A stretch of DNA of 64,000 nucleotides from Candidatus Gygaella obscura (GCA_030765485.1 JAVCCR010000003.1:4653-68652); one strand, 5' to 3'. Shown: positions 44,148-54,252, counted from the stretch's first letter. Translations and numbers: made by a program. Notes: generated from the letters alone by a model not told the origin.

Positions 44148-45710
44148 ATGTCAACCAATAAATCTATTCTTTTCTCAGCCTCAAGCATTACTTTGGGAAC
44201 TGTTATTTCGCGTATTTTCGGCTTTTTCCGCGATATTATGCTTGCCGGTTACCTAGGTACAGGTATTTTTGCACAGGCGTTTGTGGTTGCTTTTAGGATT
44301 CCTAATCTTTTGAGGACTCTTTTTGGCGAGGGCCTTGTAAATGCAGTATTTGTACCGGTTTTTTCAGGATATCTGGAAAAAGGGGAAACCGCGCAGTTCT
44401 GGAAATTAAGCACCTCGCTTTTTAAAAGAATAACCTTGATTCTTTTTTTTGCAGTTAGTCTAGGTGCTTTTGTCATGCCTTTTGTAGTGCGGTTTATCGC
44501 TCCCGGATTTATTCAGGATCCGGAGAAGCTTCGTGTAACCATAGAGCTTTCTCGCCTGATGTTTCCTTATATTCTGCTTATATCGGTGGCAGTATATTTA
44601 TCCAGTATTCTTAATAGCCATAAGATGTTTTTCTTACCGGCAATCAACCCCGCTGTTTTAAACATTGTTATAATTGTTACGCTTGTTTTATTTTCTTCGC
44701 AGATAAAGACAAATATTATGCCTTTGGGTATTGCGGTTTTAGTTGCTGGATTAATGCAAATCGTTATACTTGTACCTTCGCTTTTCAAAAAAGGCTTTAA
44801 GGTCCAGTTTTTAATGACTACAGATAAAGATGAGAATCTGGCCTTAGAAAAGAAAAAGATTCTTAAGCTTTCCATGCCTAGGGTGTTTAGTTCTGCTGTT
44901 TATCAGATAAGCGTTTTTGTGGATACAATTTTAGCTTCATTAGCTTCTATAGTAGGTGAAGGTGCAATTGCGGCAATCTACTATGCTAATAGGATTATTC
45001 AGTTTCCTCTGGCTGTATTCAGTTTTGCCATAACTACCGCTGCTTTACCTACTCTTTCGCGCCAGGCATCCACAGCGGATTTAAGCAGTTTTAGGAAAAC
45101 AGTTTCTTTTAGCTTAGAAAATATCATGTTTATTCTTATGCCCATAAGCGTATTTCTGCTTGTTTTATCAGAGCCGATAATTCAGATTATTTTTCAAAGA
45201 GGTGAGTTTGGTCAATATTCAACGCTTATAACCAGCAGGGTTTTATTCTTTTATTCTTTTGGATTGTTATTTTTTGGAGCCAGCCGAATGCTTTCGGCGA
45301 GTTTCTATGCCCTGCAGGATACATTTACTCCTTTAAAAAGCGCAGTTATCAGCCTGGTGGTAAATATTATACTTGATTTGACCCTGATGTTTCCTTTGGG
45401 TGTGGGAGGGCTTGCTCTAGCAAGCGCTGTTGCTTCTTTTGTAAATGCAGCTATTCTGTTTAAAATATTAGATAAAAGGCTTGGGTTTAAAATGGGTAGT
45501 TTCTTGATGAGAGAGTTTATAAAGATAAGTTTTGCAAGTGTGATTTTAGGATTTGTGCTTAAATATGTCTGGTCAAGTTTTGTAGGGATAAATCAGTTTT
45601 TGCTGCTTGCGCTTGTTATGTTTATAGGCGTAGTCAGCTTTTTGCTTTTTAGTTTAATATTTAAGGTTGACGTTGCAAAAAGATTCATGGCATGGATAAG
45701 AAAAAGATAA
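44148..45710 (+). CDS. murJ: Lipid II flippase MurJ (MviN)
   Basis: 520 aa with about 14 TM helices and the MurJ N-terminal signature (…TLGTVISRIFGFFRDIMLAGYLGTG…AFRIPNLLR.LFGEG…). It is divergent from rpsT, as in many bacteria. Confidence 0.85.
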   Translation: MSTNKSILFSASSITLGTVISRIFGFFRDIMLAGYLGTGIFAQAFVVAFRIPNLLRTLFGEGLVNAVFVPVFSGYLEKGETAQFWKLSTSLFKRITLILFFAVSLGAFVMPFVVRFIAPGFIQDPEKLRVTIELSRLMFPYILLISVAVYLSSILNSHKMFFLPAINPAVLNIVIIVTLVLFSSQIKTNIMPLGIAVLVAGLMQIVILVPSLFKKGFKVQFLMTTDKDENLALEKKKILKLSMPRVFSSAVYQISVFVDTILASLASIVGEGAIAAIYYANRIIQFPLAVFSFAITTAALPTLSRQASTADLSSFRKTVSFSLENIMFILMPISVFLLVLSEPIIQIIFQRGEFGQYSTLITSRVLFFYSFGLLFFGASRMLSASFYALQDTFTPLKSAVISLVVNIILDLTLMFPLGVGGLALASAVASFVNAAILFKILDKRLGFKMGSFLMREFIKISFASVILGFVLKYVWSSFVGINQFLLLALVMFIGVVSFLLFSLIFKVDVAKRFMAWIRKR

Positions 45711-46924
45711 AATCCCTCCCCGTTTGTCCTGGTGTATATTTGATGAAGGATGTTAAATCACAGATCATATATATCGGTAAGGCAAAGAATTTAAAAAAAA
45801 GAGTAAGCCAGTATTTCAGGAAGTCGTCCGCATTAGATTTTAAAACCGCTAAGATGGTTGAGCGGGTTCGAGATTTTGATTTTCTTGTTAGCCCCACAGA
45901 GGACCAGGCCTTGATTCTCGAGGCCAGGCTTATCCGTCAACACAGGCCGTATTATAATATTGAGCTTAGAGATGATAAAAGTTTTCCTTTTGTAATGATC
46001 ACGAAAGATAGGTTTCCGCGTGTTTTTATTGTGCGCCCGAAAGAGAAAAAGGAAGCTTTTTACTACGGTCCGTTTACCAATGTAGGGTTATTGCGCAGTG
46101 TATTAAAACAGATTAGAAGAATTTTTAGTTTTTGTACCTGTAAAAACCCCAAGACAAGCTGTCTGTATTCAAAGATTGGTCTTTGTCCTGGCCCAGATAT
46201 TAAAGGTAAGGCCTTAGCAGGCTATAGGCGTAATATCAACAATCTTAAACTTTTTTTAGAGGGTAAAAACGATAAACTGTTTGTAAGTTTGAACCAACAG
46301 ATGCTGGCAGCTTCCAAAAGAAAGAACTTTGAGTCGGCAGCCAAAATTAGAGATCAGATAAAGTCGTTCAGTAATCTTACTCAGCAAAAAGATATCACTG
46401 TTTTAGAACATCTTAAAAGCGTTCTTGGGCTTAAAAAGATTCCTTTTCGTATTGAGGCATTCGATATCTCTAATATATCAGGTGCTCTGGCAACAGGCGG
46501 TATGGTAAGTTTTTTAAACGGCTTGAGCGATAAAGCCAATTATAGAAAATTCAGGATAAAAAGCATTTCTACAATTGATGATTATGCAATGTTAAAAGAG
46601 GTATTGCTGCGCCGCTACAGGAGGGTTTTATCTGAGGCTTTGCCTTTGCCTGATTTGATTATTATAGATGGAGGAAAAGGACAGTTGTCTTGCGCGAAAA
46701 AAGTGATGCGGGAATTAAAGCTTGATATTGATTTGATCTCTCTTGCCAAGAAAGAGGAAGAGATCTTTATCCCAAGTAAGAAAAATCCAATAGCTTTGCC
46801 TTTTTCCTCAGATGCCCTGCAGTTTTTAAGACGGGTTCGCGATGAAGTACATAGATTTGCTATTGACTATCACAGGCTTTTAAGGAAAAAGAATCTTATC
46901 AATGAAAAAAACAAAAGAAAATAG
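45692..46924 (+). CDS. UvrC-like excinuclease lacking the C-terminal (HhH)2 domain
   Basis: 410 aa with GIY-YIG (PGVYLM…IYIGKAKNLKKRVSQYF), a Cys cluster, a UVR domain, and the RNase-H-like endonuclease domain ending in …IIIDGGKGQL…. No helix-hairpin-helix tail. Confidence 0.7.
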   Translation: MDKKKIKSLPVCPGVYLMKDVKSQIIYIGKAKNLKKRVSQYFRKSSALDFKTAKMVERVRDFDFLVSPTEDQALILEARLIRQHRPYYNIELRDDKSFPFVMITKDRFPRVFIVRPKEKKEAFYYGPFTNVGLLRSVLKQIRRIFSFCTCKNPKTSCLYSKIGLCPGPDIKGKALAGYRRNINNLKLFLEGKNDKLFVSLNQQMLAASKRKNFESAAKIRDQIKSFSNLTQQKDITVLEHLKSVLGLKKIPFRIEAFDISNISGALATGGMVSFLNGLSDKANYRKFRIKSISTIDDYAMLKEVLLRRYRRVLSEALPLPDLIIIDGGKGQLSCAKKVMRELKLDIDLISLAKKEEEIFIPSKKNPIALPFSSDALQFLRRVRDEVHRFAIDYHRLLRKKNLINEKNKRK

Positions 46925-47195
46925 ACTTAGCAGTTTTGATTGGAAGGTATTTAAGGTAGTTTCAGAAATTCCCTTGGGAGAAGTTAAAACATACAAATGG
47001 GTTGCTAAAAGAATCAATCATCCCGAGTCAGCGCGTGCAGTGGGTAATAGTCTGAAGAAGAATCCCTGGCCTGTTGTGATACCGTGTCATCGGGTAATAC
47101 ATTCAGACAGCTCCCTTGGCGGGTATTCTCAGGGCAAAAGAATGAAGAAAAAATTATTAGATTTAGAGAGAAAAATCAAAGATTTGATGTTATAA
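46902..47195 (+). CDS. ogt: Methylated-DNA-protein-cysteine methyltransferase, DNA-binding/active-site domain only (Ogt/MGMT family)
   Basis: 97 aa with the active-site motif IPCHRVI and the preceding HTH (…TYKWVAKRINHPESARAVGNSL…). Overlaps the end of the UvrC-like gene by 23 nt. Confidence 0.7.
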   Translation: MKKTKENRLSSFDWKVFKVVSEIPLGEVKTYKWVAKRINHPESARAVGNSLKKNPWPVVIPCHRVIHSDSSLGGYSQGKRMKKKLLDLERKIKDLML

Positions 47196-47241
47196 TAAAA
47201 TTTATTGTTATAGGTTTAGGCTGTAGTTTAAGGAGAATATA

Positions 47242-48324
47242 ATGGATATAAAGAAATACCTTGATCAGATGGTAGAAAAGAACGCATCGGATTTATTTAT
47301 CAGAGTCGGCGGTCCTGTGAGAATGCGTATTGCCGGAAGAATCTTTGCCATAGATACGAAAGTTCTGGAGTTGGCGGATGTAAAACAGGCAATAAGTGAC
47401 TTGACTACTCCTGAGCAGCTCAATACCTTAGAGACCAAGCGTGATGTTGATTTTGCCATAACTATGTATGTGCGCGAGTTCGACAGGCGTTTCCGCGCAA
47501 GTATCTTTCATCAGCGTAATACCCCGGCAATCGTAATAAGACTTATCCGGCATAAGATAGATACATTTAAGGAGCTTTTGCTTCCTTCGAAGGTGTTGAC
47601 TGATCTTTCTCTTGAGTCACGTGGAATGATACTTTTTACCGGTACTACAGGAAGCGGTAAGTCTACTGCTTTAGCAAGTATGATTGAATATATCAATAAT
47701 AATTGCCAGAAACATATACTTACCTTGGAAGAGCCGATAGAGTTTGTGTTTAGAGATAAGGTTTCAATTATAAACCAGAGAGAGCTAGGTATGGATGTTT
47801 CAGATTATTCTACGGCTTTAAGGGCGTTTACCTTGCAAAGTCCGGATGTTATCTTTATTGGTAATATTCGTGACCAGGAGACGATGTTTGCGGCAGTGAA
47901 TGCAGCTGAAACTGGCGTATTGGTTTTAAGTACTCTGCATACTGTAAATGCAATGCAGACGATCGAGCGTATCATTAATTTTTTCCCTCCGTATCAGCAT
48001 AGCGAGATAAGGATGCAGTTGTCGCTTTTACTTAAAGGGGTAATTTCTTTAAGGCTTGCACCGACAACTGACGGTACCAAAAGAGTTCCTGCCTGTGAGG
48101 TGATGGTTAATACCCCTACAGTTTCAAGATTGATCCGCGAAGGAAAAACCTGGGAGATACCTCAGTATATTGAGCAAGGCGAACTTTTTGGTATGCAGAC
48201 ATTTAACCAGTCTTTGGCAAAACTGGTAAAGGAAGGTTCTATCACAGAGGAAGTGGCATGTGATTTTTCTGACAATAAGGATGAGTTTTATTTAATGTTA
48301 AAAGGGATCAAGAAAGGACACTAG
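47242..48324 (+). CDS. pilT: PilT/PilU-family type IV pilus retraction ATPase
   Basis: 360 aa with Walker A GTTGSGKST, and Asp-box and His-box regions typical of PilT. Confidence 0.8.
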   Translation: MDIKKYLDQMVEKNASDLFIRVGGPVRMRIAGRIFAIDTKVLELADVKQAISDLTTPEQLNTLETKRDVDFAITMYVREFDRRFRASIFHQRNTPAIVIRLIRHKIDTFKELLLPSKVLTDLSLESRGMILFTGTTGSGKSTALASMIEYINNNCQKHILTLEEPIEFVFRDKVSIINQRELGMDVSDYSTALRAFTLQSPDVIFIGNIRDQETMFAAVNAAETGVLVLSTLHTVNAMQTIERIINFFPPYQHSEIRMQLSLLLKGVISLRLAPTTDGTKRVPACEVMVNTPTVSRLIREGKTWEIPQYIEQGELFGMQTFNQSLAKLVKEGSITEEVACDFSDNKDEFYLMLKGIKKGH

Positions 48325-48328
48325 TTTA

Positions 48329-49436
48329 ATGCTTGAGCAGATAAGAAGGAACATTGAAATTTTAAAAGAGAAATTGGATTATCTACGAGGTTATCTTTGA
48401 GATAGACAAAAAGAATATACGTCTAGATCAGTTGAATAGCTTGATTTCCATACCTAATTTTTTTAAGGACGAAAGCAATTCTAAAAAAGTCCTTAGTGAA
48501 TTGAAGCGTTTAAAGACAATAGTCAATCCTTGGCTCGAAGCCAATAATGAATTCATCGAGCTAAATGAATTACTAGAGATAGTCGAGGAAAAAGATGACA
48601 AGGCTCTTCACGAGCTGGAGAAAGATTCGTTTGCTCTTTTAGAAAAAATTGAGAAATTGGATTTTAATCTGCTTTTCTGTGGGGAGTTTGATGCTAATAA
48701 TACTATCCTTAGTATTAATGCTGGAGCTGGCGGAACCGAATCCTGCGATTGGGTAAGCATGCTTCTGAGGATGTATGTCAGGTTTGCGGAAAGAAAAGGG
48801 TTTAAGACAAAAGTAATTGATTTATTAGAAGGTGAAGAAGCAGGCATTAAGAATGTTACGATTTTTATAAACGGAGTTAATTCCTTCGGGTTCTTAAAGG
48901 CAGAACGGGGAGTGCATCGTTTGGTAAGGATTTCACCGTTTGATTCCAATAAAAGAAGGCATACTTCTTTTGCCTCAGTTGATGTTATTCCTGAGATTGA
49001 AGATAATATTGAAGTTGTCTTGGATGAAAAGGATTTAAAGGTAGATGTTTATCGCGCTTCCGGCAAGGGGGGGCAGGGGGTAAACACTACGGATTCGGCA
49101 GTACGTATAACGCATCTACCCACAGGGATTGTGGTTACTTGTCAGAACGAAAGGTCTCAGTTTCAAAATAAACAGAATGCTTTAAAGGTGCTGCGTGCGC
49201 GCATCTATGAGAAGATGCAGCTTGAACAAGAGGCAAAGCTGCAGAAACAGGGAAGCGATAAAAGAAAGATTGAATGGGGCAGTCAGATTCGCTCTTACGT
49301 AATACATCCTTATAGTATGGTAAAGGATCACCGCACTAAGTTTGAGACATCTAATGTCCAGGCAGTAATGGATGGTGATTTGGAAGGATTTATTTTTACT
49401 TTTTTAAAACAGCAAAAAAATATAAATAATGATTAA
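48329..49436 (+). CDS. prfB: Peptide chain release factor 2, with programmed +1 ribosomal frameshift at 48395-48400
   Basis: The frame-0 leader MLEQIRRNIEILKEKLDYLRGYL ends at CTT TGA G and is preceded by an SD-like AGGT. The +1 frame continues (EIDKKN…) into the 334-aa ORF, which carries GGQ (…GKGGQGVNTTDSAVRITH…) and an SPF-region equivalent. The conserved …LRGYL motif matches E. coli RF2. Confidence 0.85.
48395..48400 (+). other. prfB autoregulatory +1 frameshift site (CTT TGA G)
   Basis: Leu codon followed by an in-frame UGA, with an internal SD-like element (AGGT) a few nt upstream; this is the canonical RF2 recoding signal. Confidence 0.8.
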
Positions 49437-52269
49437 ATTTTTGGCTAATAAGATAATCGGTACGCAGAATCAGCGAGAGCTTAAGCGCTATGGGGAGATT
49501 GTTATTAAGATAAATGCCCTGGAGGAAAAGATTTCAGTTTTATCAGATGAACAGCTGCGCAATAAAACCGAAGAATTTAAATCAATTATTGGGAATAATT
49601 TTAAAAGTTTGGATTTAAAGATTGCTAATCTCGAGCGTGAGTTTGAGGAATCCAGCCCGCAGGAACGCCAAAAAATAAAAGTGCAGCTTAAGACAATGCG
49701 CAGCCAGGTTTTTGATAGTATTTTACCTGAGGCCTTTGCTGTAGTAAGAGAGGTGGCTAAGCGAAAAATTCATATGCGTCATTTTGATGTGCAGCTTATG
49801 GGAGGCTTGGTTTTGCATGAAGGCAAGATTGCGGAAATGGTTACTGGTGAAGGAAAAACCCTTGTTGCTACCTTGTCGGCTTACTTGAATGCCCTTTTAG
49901 GCAAAGGCGTGCATATAGTAACGGTAAATGATTACTTGGCAAGAAGAGACCGTGATTGGATGGGTCCGGTTTTTGAGGCCCTAGGTCTTACTATTGGCGT
50001 AATACAGCATGATATGCCTGCGGATGAGAGAAAACTCGCCTATGGCTGCGATATTGTATACGGCACGAATAATGAATTCGGTTTTGATTATCTTAGGGAC
50101 AATATGGTAATAGATAAACGTGAAATGGTGCAAAGATCATTTTATTATGCCATTGTCGATGAGGTTGATTCCATTTTAATCGATGAGGCGCGTACTCCTT
50201 TGATAATTTCAGGTCCTACAGAAGCAAGTACGGATATTTATTTTAAAGCCAAAGATATTGCTTCTACATTAAAGGGAAAGCGTGTTACTCAAAAAGAGGA
50301 AATAGATGCTAAATATGCAGGAAGAGATCTTTATGAAGGCGTTGATTATATAGCAGATGAAAAGGCAAATACAGTTTCTCTTTCTGATGAAGCTGAGGCA
50401 AAGGTATCTTCGATGTTCGGGATAAGCTCAATTCATGATATCGATACCATAGAATATCGTCACCAGATAATGGCAGCTTTAAAGGCCAAGGAATTCTTTC
50501 AGTGCGATGTGGATTATGTGGTAAAAAACGGTCAGGTTATTATTGTGGATGAGTTTACCGGCCGCCTTATGCCTGGAAGGCGCTGGTCCGATGGCCTGCA
50601 TCAGGCAATAGAGGCAAAAGAAGGTTTAAAAATAGAAAAAGAAAACCAGACCCTGGCTACGATAACTCTACAGAATTATTTTCGTATGTATGAGAAGCTT
50701 TCTGGTATGACCGGAACAGCTTTTACCGAAGCAGGAGAGTTTAAGCATATATATGATTTGGATGTTATTGTTGTTCCTACAAATCAGCCTTTAATCAGAG
50801 CGAATTATCCTGATGCAGTATATAAAAGTGAAAAAGAAAAGTTCGAAGCTGTAGTGGAAGAAATCGTCCAGCTTTATAATGCTGGCCGTCCAGTGCTTGT
50901 CGGTACAATCTCTATTGAAAAGTCAGAATTTATAGCAGCCATGCTTACGCAAAGAGGCATTACGCATAATATTCTTAATGCTAAATATCATGAGCGTGAA
51001 GCTTATATTATTGCTCAGGCAGGAAGATTTAAGGCTGTGACTATTGCTACTAATATGGCAGGAAGAGGTACGGATATTTTATTAGGTGGTAATGCTGAGT
51101 TTATGGCCAAGGCAATAGTAGAGCAATCCGGAATATCTATTGATGATGTTTCGTTTGAAAAGGTTTACAAAGAAAAGTTAAAAGAACTTAAAATAACCAT
51201 AGATGAGGAACATCAAAAGGTAATTGAGGTTGGGGGCTTGCATATAATTGGAACAGAACGTCATGAAGCCAGAAGAATAGATAATCAGCTCAGGGGTCGT
51301 TCTGGACGCCAGGGTGATCCGGGTTCATCAAGGTTCTATGTAAGTCTGCAGGATGACCTTATGCGGCTTTTTGGTTCTGACAGGCTGGTCGGTCTTATGG
51401 ATAAGCTGGGTTTAGAAGATGGCCAGGTTATTGAGCATCCTTGGGTAACAAGGTCTATAGAAATGGCTCAAAGAAGAGTTGAAGGACATAATTTTGAAAT
51501 CAGAAAACACCTTTTGGAATATGATAACGTCATGAACAAGCAGCGTGAGATTATTTACCATCAGAGGAAAATGGTCTTAGGCGGTACCAATATAAAAGAA
51601 CAGATTGCAGAATTTAGAAACGAATGTTTAGATACAGAGTTTAATTGTCTTGCTAGTGAAGAAACGCAAGATTCGGTTTCTCAGGAAAAAATTGCAAATT
51701 GGCTTTCTTTGGAATTTAATATCGCTATTGATGCCAATATTTTTAAAGGTTTGAATAAAGATCAGCAGAAAGAAAGAATCAAGAAGCTGATGGACGATGC
51801 CTATATTGAGAAGGAAAAGCTTTTAGGCGAAGACGCAAGGTTTTTAGAGAGAATGATTATGTTGCAGATAATAGACAGTAAATGGAAGGATCATCTTTAT
51901 GCTATGGATTATCTGCGTGAGGGCATAGGGCTGCGTAGTTACGGACAAAAAGACCCCTTGATAGAATATCAGAGGGAGGCATTTAACGGTTTTCAGGAAA
52001 TGATCTATTCAATTAAGCGTGAAATTATCCAGACTTTGTTTAAGGTTAATCGGGCAAAAGAGAAAAGGATAAAAAGCGTTTTTGAGCGTATTAACCAGCA
52101 GTTTGTTCATGAGCAGGTATCAGGTCTTGTTAATCCAAAACAAGACAGTCCCAAGCCAGAGAAAAAAAAATCTTCTGAGACTTTCAAAAGGTCTTCCAAA
52201 AAGGTCGGTAGGAACGATCCTTGTCCCTGTGGTTCTGGTAAAAAATATAAAAAATGCTGCGGAAAGTAG
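49429..52269 (+). CDS. secA: Preprotein translocase ATPase SecA
   Basis: 946 aa with DEAD-like motor motifs (…MVTGEGKTLVA…, …DEVDSILIDEARTPLIISG…) and a C-terminal zinc-binding tail (CPCGSGKKYKKCCGK). Overlaps prfB by 8 nt. Confidence 0.9.
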   Translation: MIKFLANKIIGTQNQRELKRYGEIVIKINALEEKISVLSDEQLRNKTEEFKSIIGNNFKSLDLKIANLEREFEESSPQERQKIKVQLKTMRSQVFDSILPEAFAVVREVAKRKIHMRHFDVQLMGGLVLHEGKIAEMVTGEGKTLVATLSAYLNALLGKGVHIVTVNDYLARRDRDWMGPVFEALGLTIGVIQHDMPADERKLAYGCDIVYGTNNEFGFDYLRDNMVIDKREMVQRSFYYAIVDEVDSILIDEARTPLIISGPTEASTDIYFKAKDIASTLKGKRVTQKEEIDAKYAGRDLYEGVDYIADEKANTVSLSDEAEAKVSSMFGISSIHDIDTIEYRHQIMAALKAKEFFQCDVDYVVKNGQVIIVDEFTGRLMPGRRWSDGLHQAIEAKEGLKIEKENQTLATITLQNYFRMYEKLSGMTGTAFTEAGEFKHIYDLDVIVVPTNQPLIRANYPDAVYKSEKEKFEAVVEEIVQLYNAGRPVLVGTISIEKSEFIAAMLTQRGITHNILNAKYHEREAYIIAQAGRFKAVTIATNMAGRGTDILLGGNAEFMAKAIVEQSGISIDDVSFEKVYKEKLKELKITIDEEHQKVIEVGGLHIIGTERHEARRIDNQLRGRSGRQGDPGSSRFYVSLQDDLMRLFGSDRLVGLMDKLGLEDGQVIEHPWVTRSIEMAQRRVEGHNFEIRKHLLEYDNVMNKQREIIYHQRKMVLGGTNIKEQIAEFRNECLDTEFNCLASEETQDSVSQEKIANWLSLEFNIAIDANIFKGLNKDQQKERIKKLMDDAYIEKEKLLGEDARFLERMIMLQIIDSKWKDHLYAMDYLREGIGLRSYGQKDPLIEYQREAFNGFQEMIYSIKREIIQTLFKVNRAKEKRIKSVFERINQQFVHEQVSGLVNPKQDSPKPEKKKSSETFKRSSKKVGRNDPCPCGSGKKYKKCCGK

Positions 52270-53792
52270 ATTTGTTCAAAAAAATCTTATTTTCTTCTAT
52301 TTCAGGAGTTCTTTTAGCGTTATCTTTTCCAAAAACTGAAATATCCCTTTTTGCCTGGGTGGCTTTCATTCCTTTGTTTTTTATATTCGAAGCAAATAAA
52401 GCTAAACAAAATATTTCATTTGGTTTTTTGACTGGGTTTGTATTTTGGTTTATTACGATATATTGGCTTAAATACGTTACCTGGTTTGGTTTGATAGTTT
52501 TATGTATCTATCTTGCACTTTATTTTTCTCTATTCAGTTTTCTTGCCTCTTTGATCTTAAAATCAAAAAAATCAGCGTTATTTCTTATTCCGGCTATTTG
52601 GGTTGTACTGGAATTTATCAGGGCTAATATTTTTAGCGGATTCGGTTGGGCGCTTTTAGGTTACAGCCAGTACAAAAATATTTTTATTATTCAGTTTGCT
52701 GACTTATTCGGTAGTTTCGCAGTTTCCTTTTTGGTGATGTTGGTAAATGTGTTTATTTTTCTTCTTGTTAAAGGAATTGTTTTAAAAAAGGCTTTTATTC
52801 CCAGGAAGCAAATCGCTTTAGTGTTGATATTGTTTGTTTTGGTTATAAGTTACGCCGCATTTAAGTTAGAGAGCAAAAAAAGTAATAGTTTTTATAGGCT
52901 CGGTATTATCCAGGGTAATATCGCTCAGGATAAGAAATGGGATTCAACGTTATCAGGGGAAATATTTGCAAAGTATAAACGGTTGACTCTAAAGGCAGAT
53001 AATGATGATCTTGATTTGATAATTTGGCCTGAGACCGCACTTTCCTTTTATTTAAATTTTGAGGAAAATAATATTGATAAGGTAAAAAAGTTAATGGCGG
53101 GTTTTAAAAAACCGATTTTAGCAGGCGCTATTGTATATAAACATGATGATTTTTATAACAGCGCCTTGCTTTTTAATACTCGTAAGTTAGAAAGATACGA
53201 TAAGATGCATCTTGTACCATTTGGTGAATATATACCATTTCGTAAAAGACTGCCTATTCTTGAGAATATAGTTAATATGGTTATGCCTATTGAGGATTTT
53301 AAATCCGGGAAGGATTACACTATTTTTGATGTAGGATTTAAATTTGGTGTGCTGATTTGTTTTGAAGATACTCTGGGTTATCTTTCTCGTAATCTTGTCA
53401 AATGCGGCGCTCAGGTTCTAGTGAATATAACCAATGATGCCTGGTTTATGGATTCTTCAAGTCCATATCAGCATCTGCAGGCCTCGGTTTTTAGGGCTAT
53501 TGAGAATAGGACGCCATTAGTCAGATGCGCCAATACTGGGGTTAGTTGTTTTATTGATAAAAACGGAATGATTGGCTCGATTGTAAAAGACAAACAGGGC
53601 AAAATGATTTTTGTTGATGGATTTATGTCTGATGATGTTAGGATAGATAAAAAACAAAGCCTCACATTTTATAACAGATACCCGTTTCTATTTATTGGGT
53701 TCTGCGTTTTGCTAATTATTTATAATTTTATTTTGTTTAGCTTAAGTTATAATAGGAGGGATGGCCATGGAAATAAAGGTAATAAAGATTAA
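52254..53792 (+). CDS. lnt: Apolipoprotein N-acyltransferase
   Basis: 512 aa with an N-terminal polytopic membrane domain plus a CN-hydrolase domain (…GVLICFEDT…, catalytic Glu/Lys/Cys pattern). Confidence 0.8.
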   Translation: MLRKVDLFKKILFSSISGVLLALSFPKTEISLFAWVAFIPLFFIFEANKAKQNISFGFLTGFVFWFITIYWLKYVTWFGLIVLCIYLALYFSLFSFLASLILKSKKSALFLIPAIWVVLEFIRANIFSGFGWALLGYSQYKNIFIIQFADLFGSFAVSFLVMLVNVFIFLLVKGIVLKKAFIPRKQIALVLILFVLVISYAAFKLESKKSNSFYRLGIIQGNIAQDKKWDSTLSGEIFAKYKRLTLKADNDDLDLIIWPETALSFYLNFEENNIDKVKKLMAGFKKPILAGAIVYKHDDFYNSALLFNTRKLERYDKMHLVPFGEYIPFRKRLPILENIVNMVMPIEDFKSGKDYTIFDVGFKFGVLICFEDTLGYLSRNLVKCGAQVLVNITNDAWFMDSSSPYQHLQASVFRAIENRTPLVRCANTGVSCFIDKNGMIGSIVKDKQGKMIFVDGFMSDDVRIDKKQSLTFYNRYPFLFIGFCVLLIIYNFILFSLSYNRRDGHGNKGNKD

Positions 53793-54252
53793 AAAAAATG
53801 AAACTGATAATATTATAATCGGTCAGGCACATTTTATCAAAACAGTTGAAGATCTTTACGAGGTTTTAATTACTGCTATGGTGGATATAAAGTTTGGTCT
53901 TGCGTTTTCCGAGGCCTCTGGTGCGTGTTTGGTAAGAAGCGAAGGCAATGATAATGAATTGAAAAAACTTGCTGAGGAAAATGCTCTTAATGTAGGAGCA
54001 GGGCATGCTTTTTATATACTGCTTCGCGATGCATATCCGATAAATGTCCTTAATGCAGTAAAAAACACTCAGGAAGTATGTCGGGTATTTTGTGCAACGG
54101 CAAATCCTTTGGAGGTACTGGTGGCTGAGTCAAAATTAGGCCGCGGTATTGTAGGGGTAATCGACGGTTCAAGCCCTCGGTCAGTTGAAACGGAAGAAGA
54201 TATACGTTGGCGTAAGGATCTTTTGCGTAAAATCGGATATAAAAGAAGCTAA
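53761..54252 (+). CDS. Small conserved protein resembling the adenosine-specific-kinase family (COG1839-like)
   Basis: 163 aa with NVGAGHAFYIL and a C-terminal GVIDGSSP pattern, recalled by eye as the archaeal/bacterial adenosine-specific kinase family. The start overlaps the lnt 3' end by 32 nt. Confidence 0.4.
   Translation: MAMEIKVIKIKKNETDNIIIGQAHFIKTVEDLYEVLITAMVDIKFGLAFSEASGACLVRSEGNDNELKKLAEENALNVGAGHAFYILLRDAYPINVLNAVKNTQEVCRVFCATANPLEVLVAESKLGRGIVGVIDGSSPRSVETEEDIRWRKDLLRKIGYKRS

Noticed and set aside
48432-49436. prfB apparently lacking its N-terminal ~25 residues and starting at TTG, a possible truncated pseudogene.
   Set aside because: The upstream 23-codon frame-0 ORF ending at CTT-TGA, with a conserved LRGYL, reconstitutes the N-terminus through the well-known +1 programmed frameshift.
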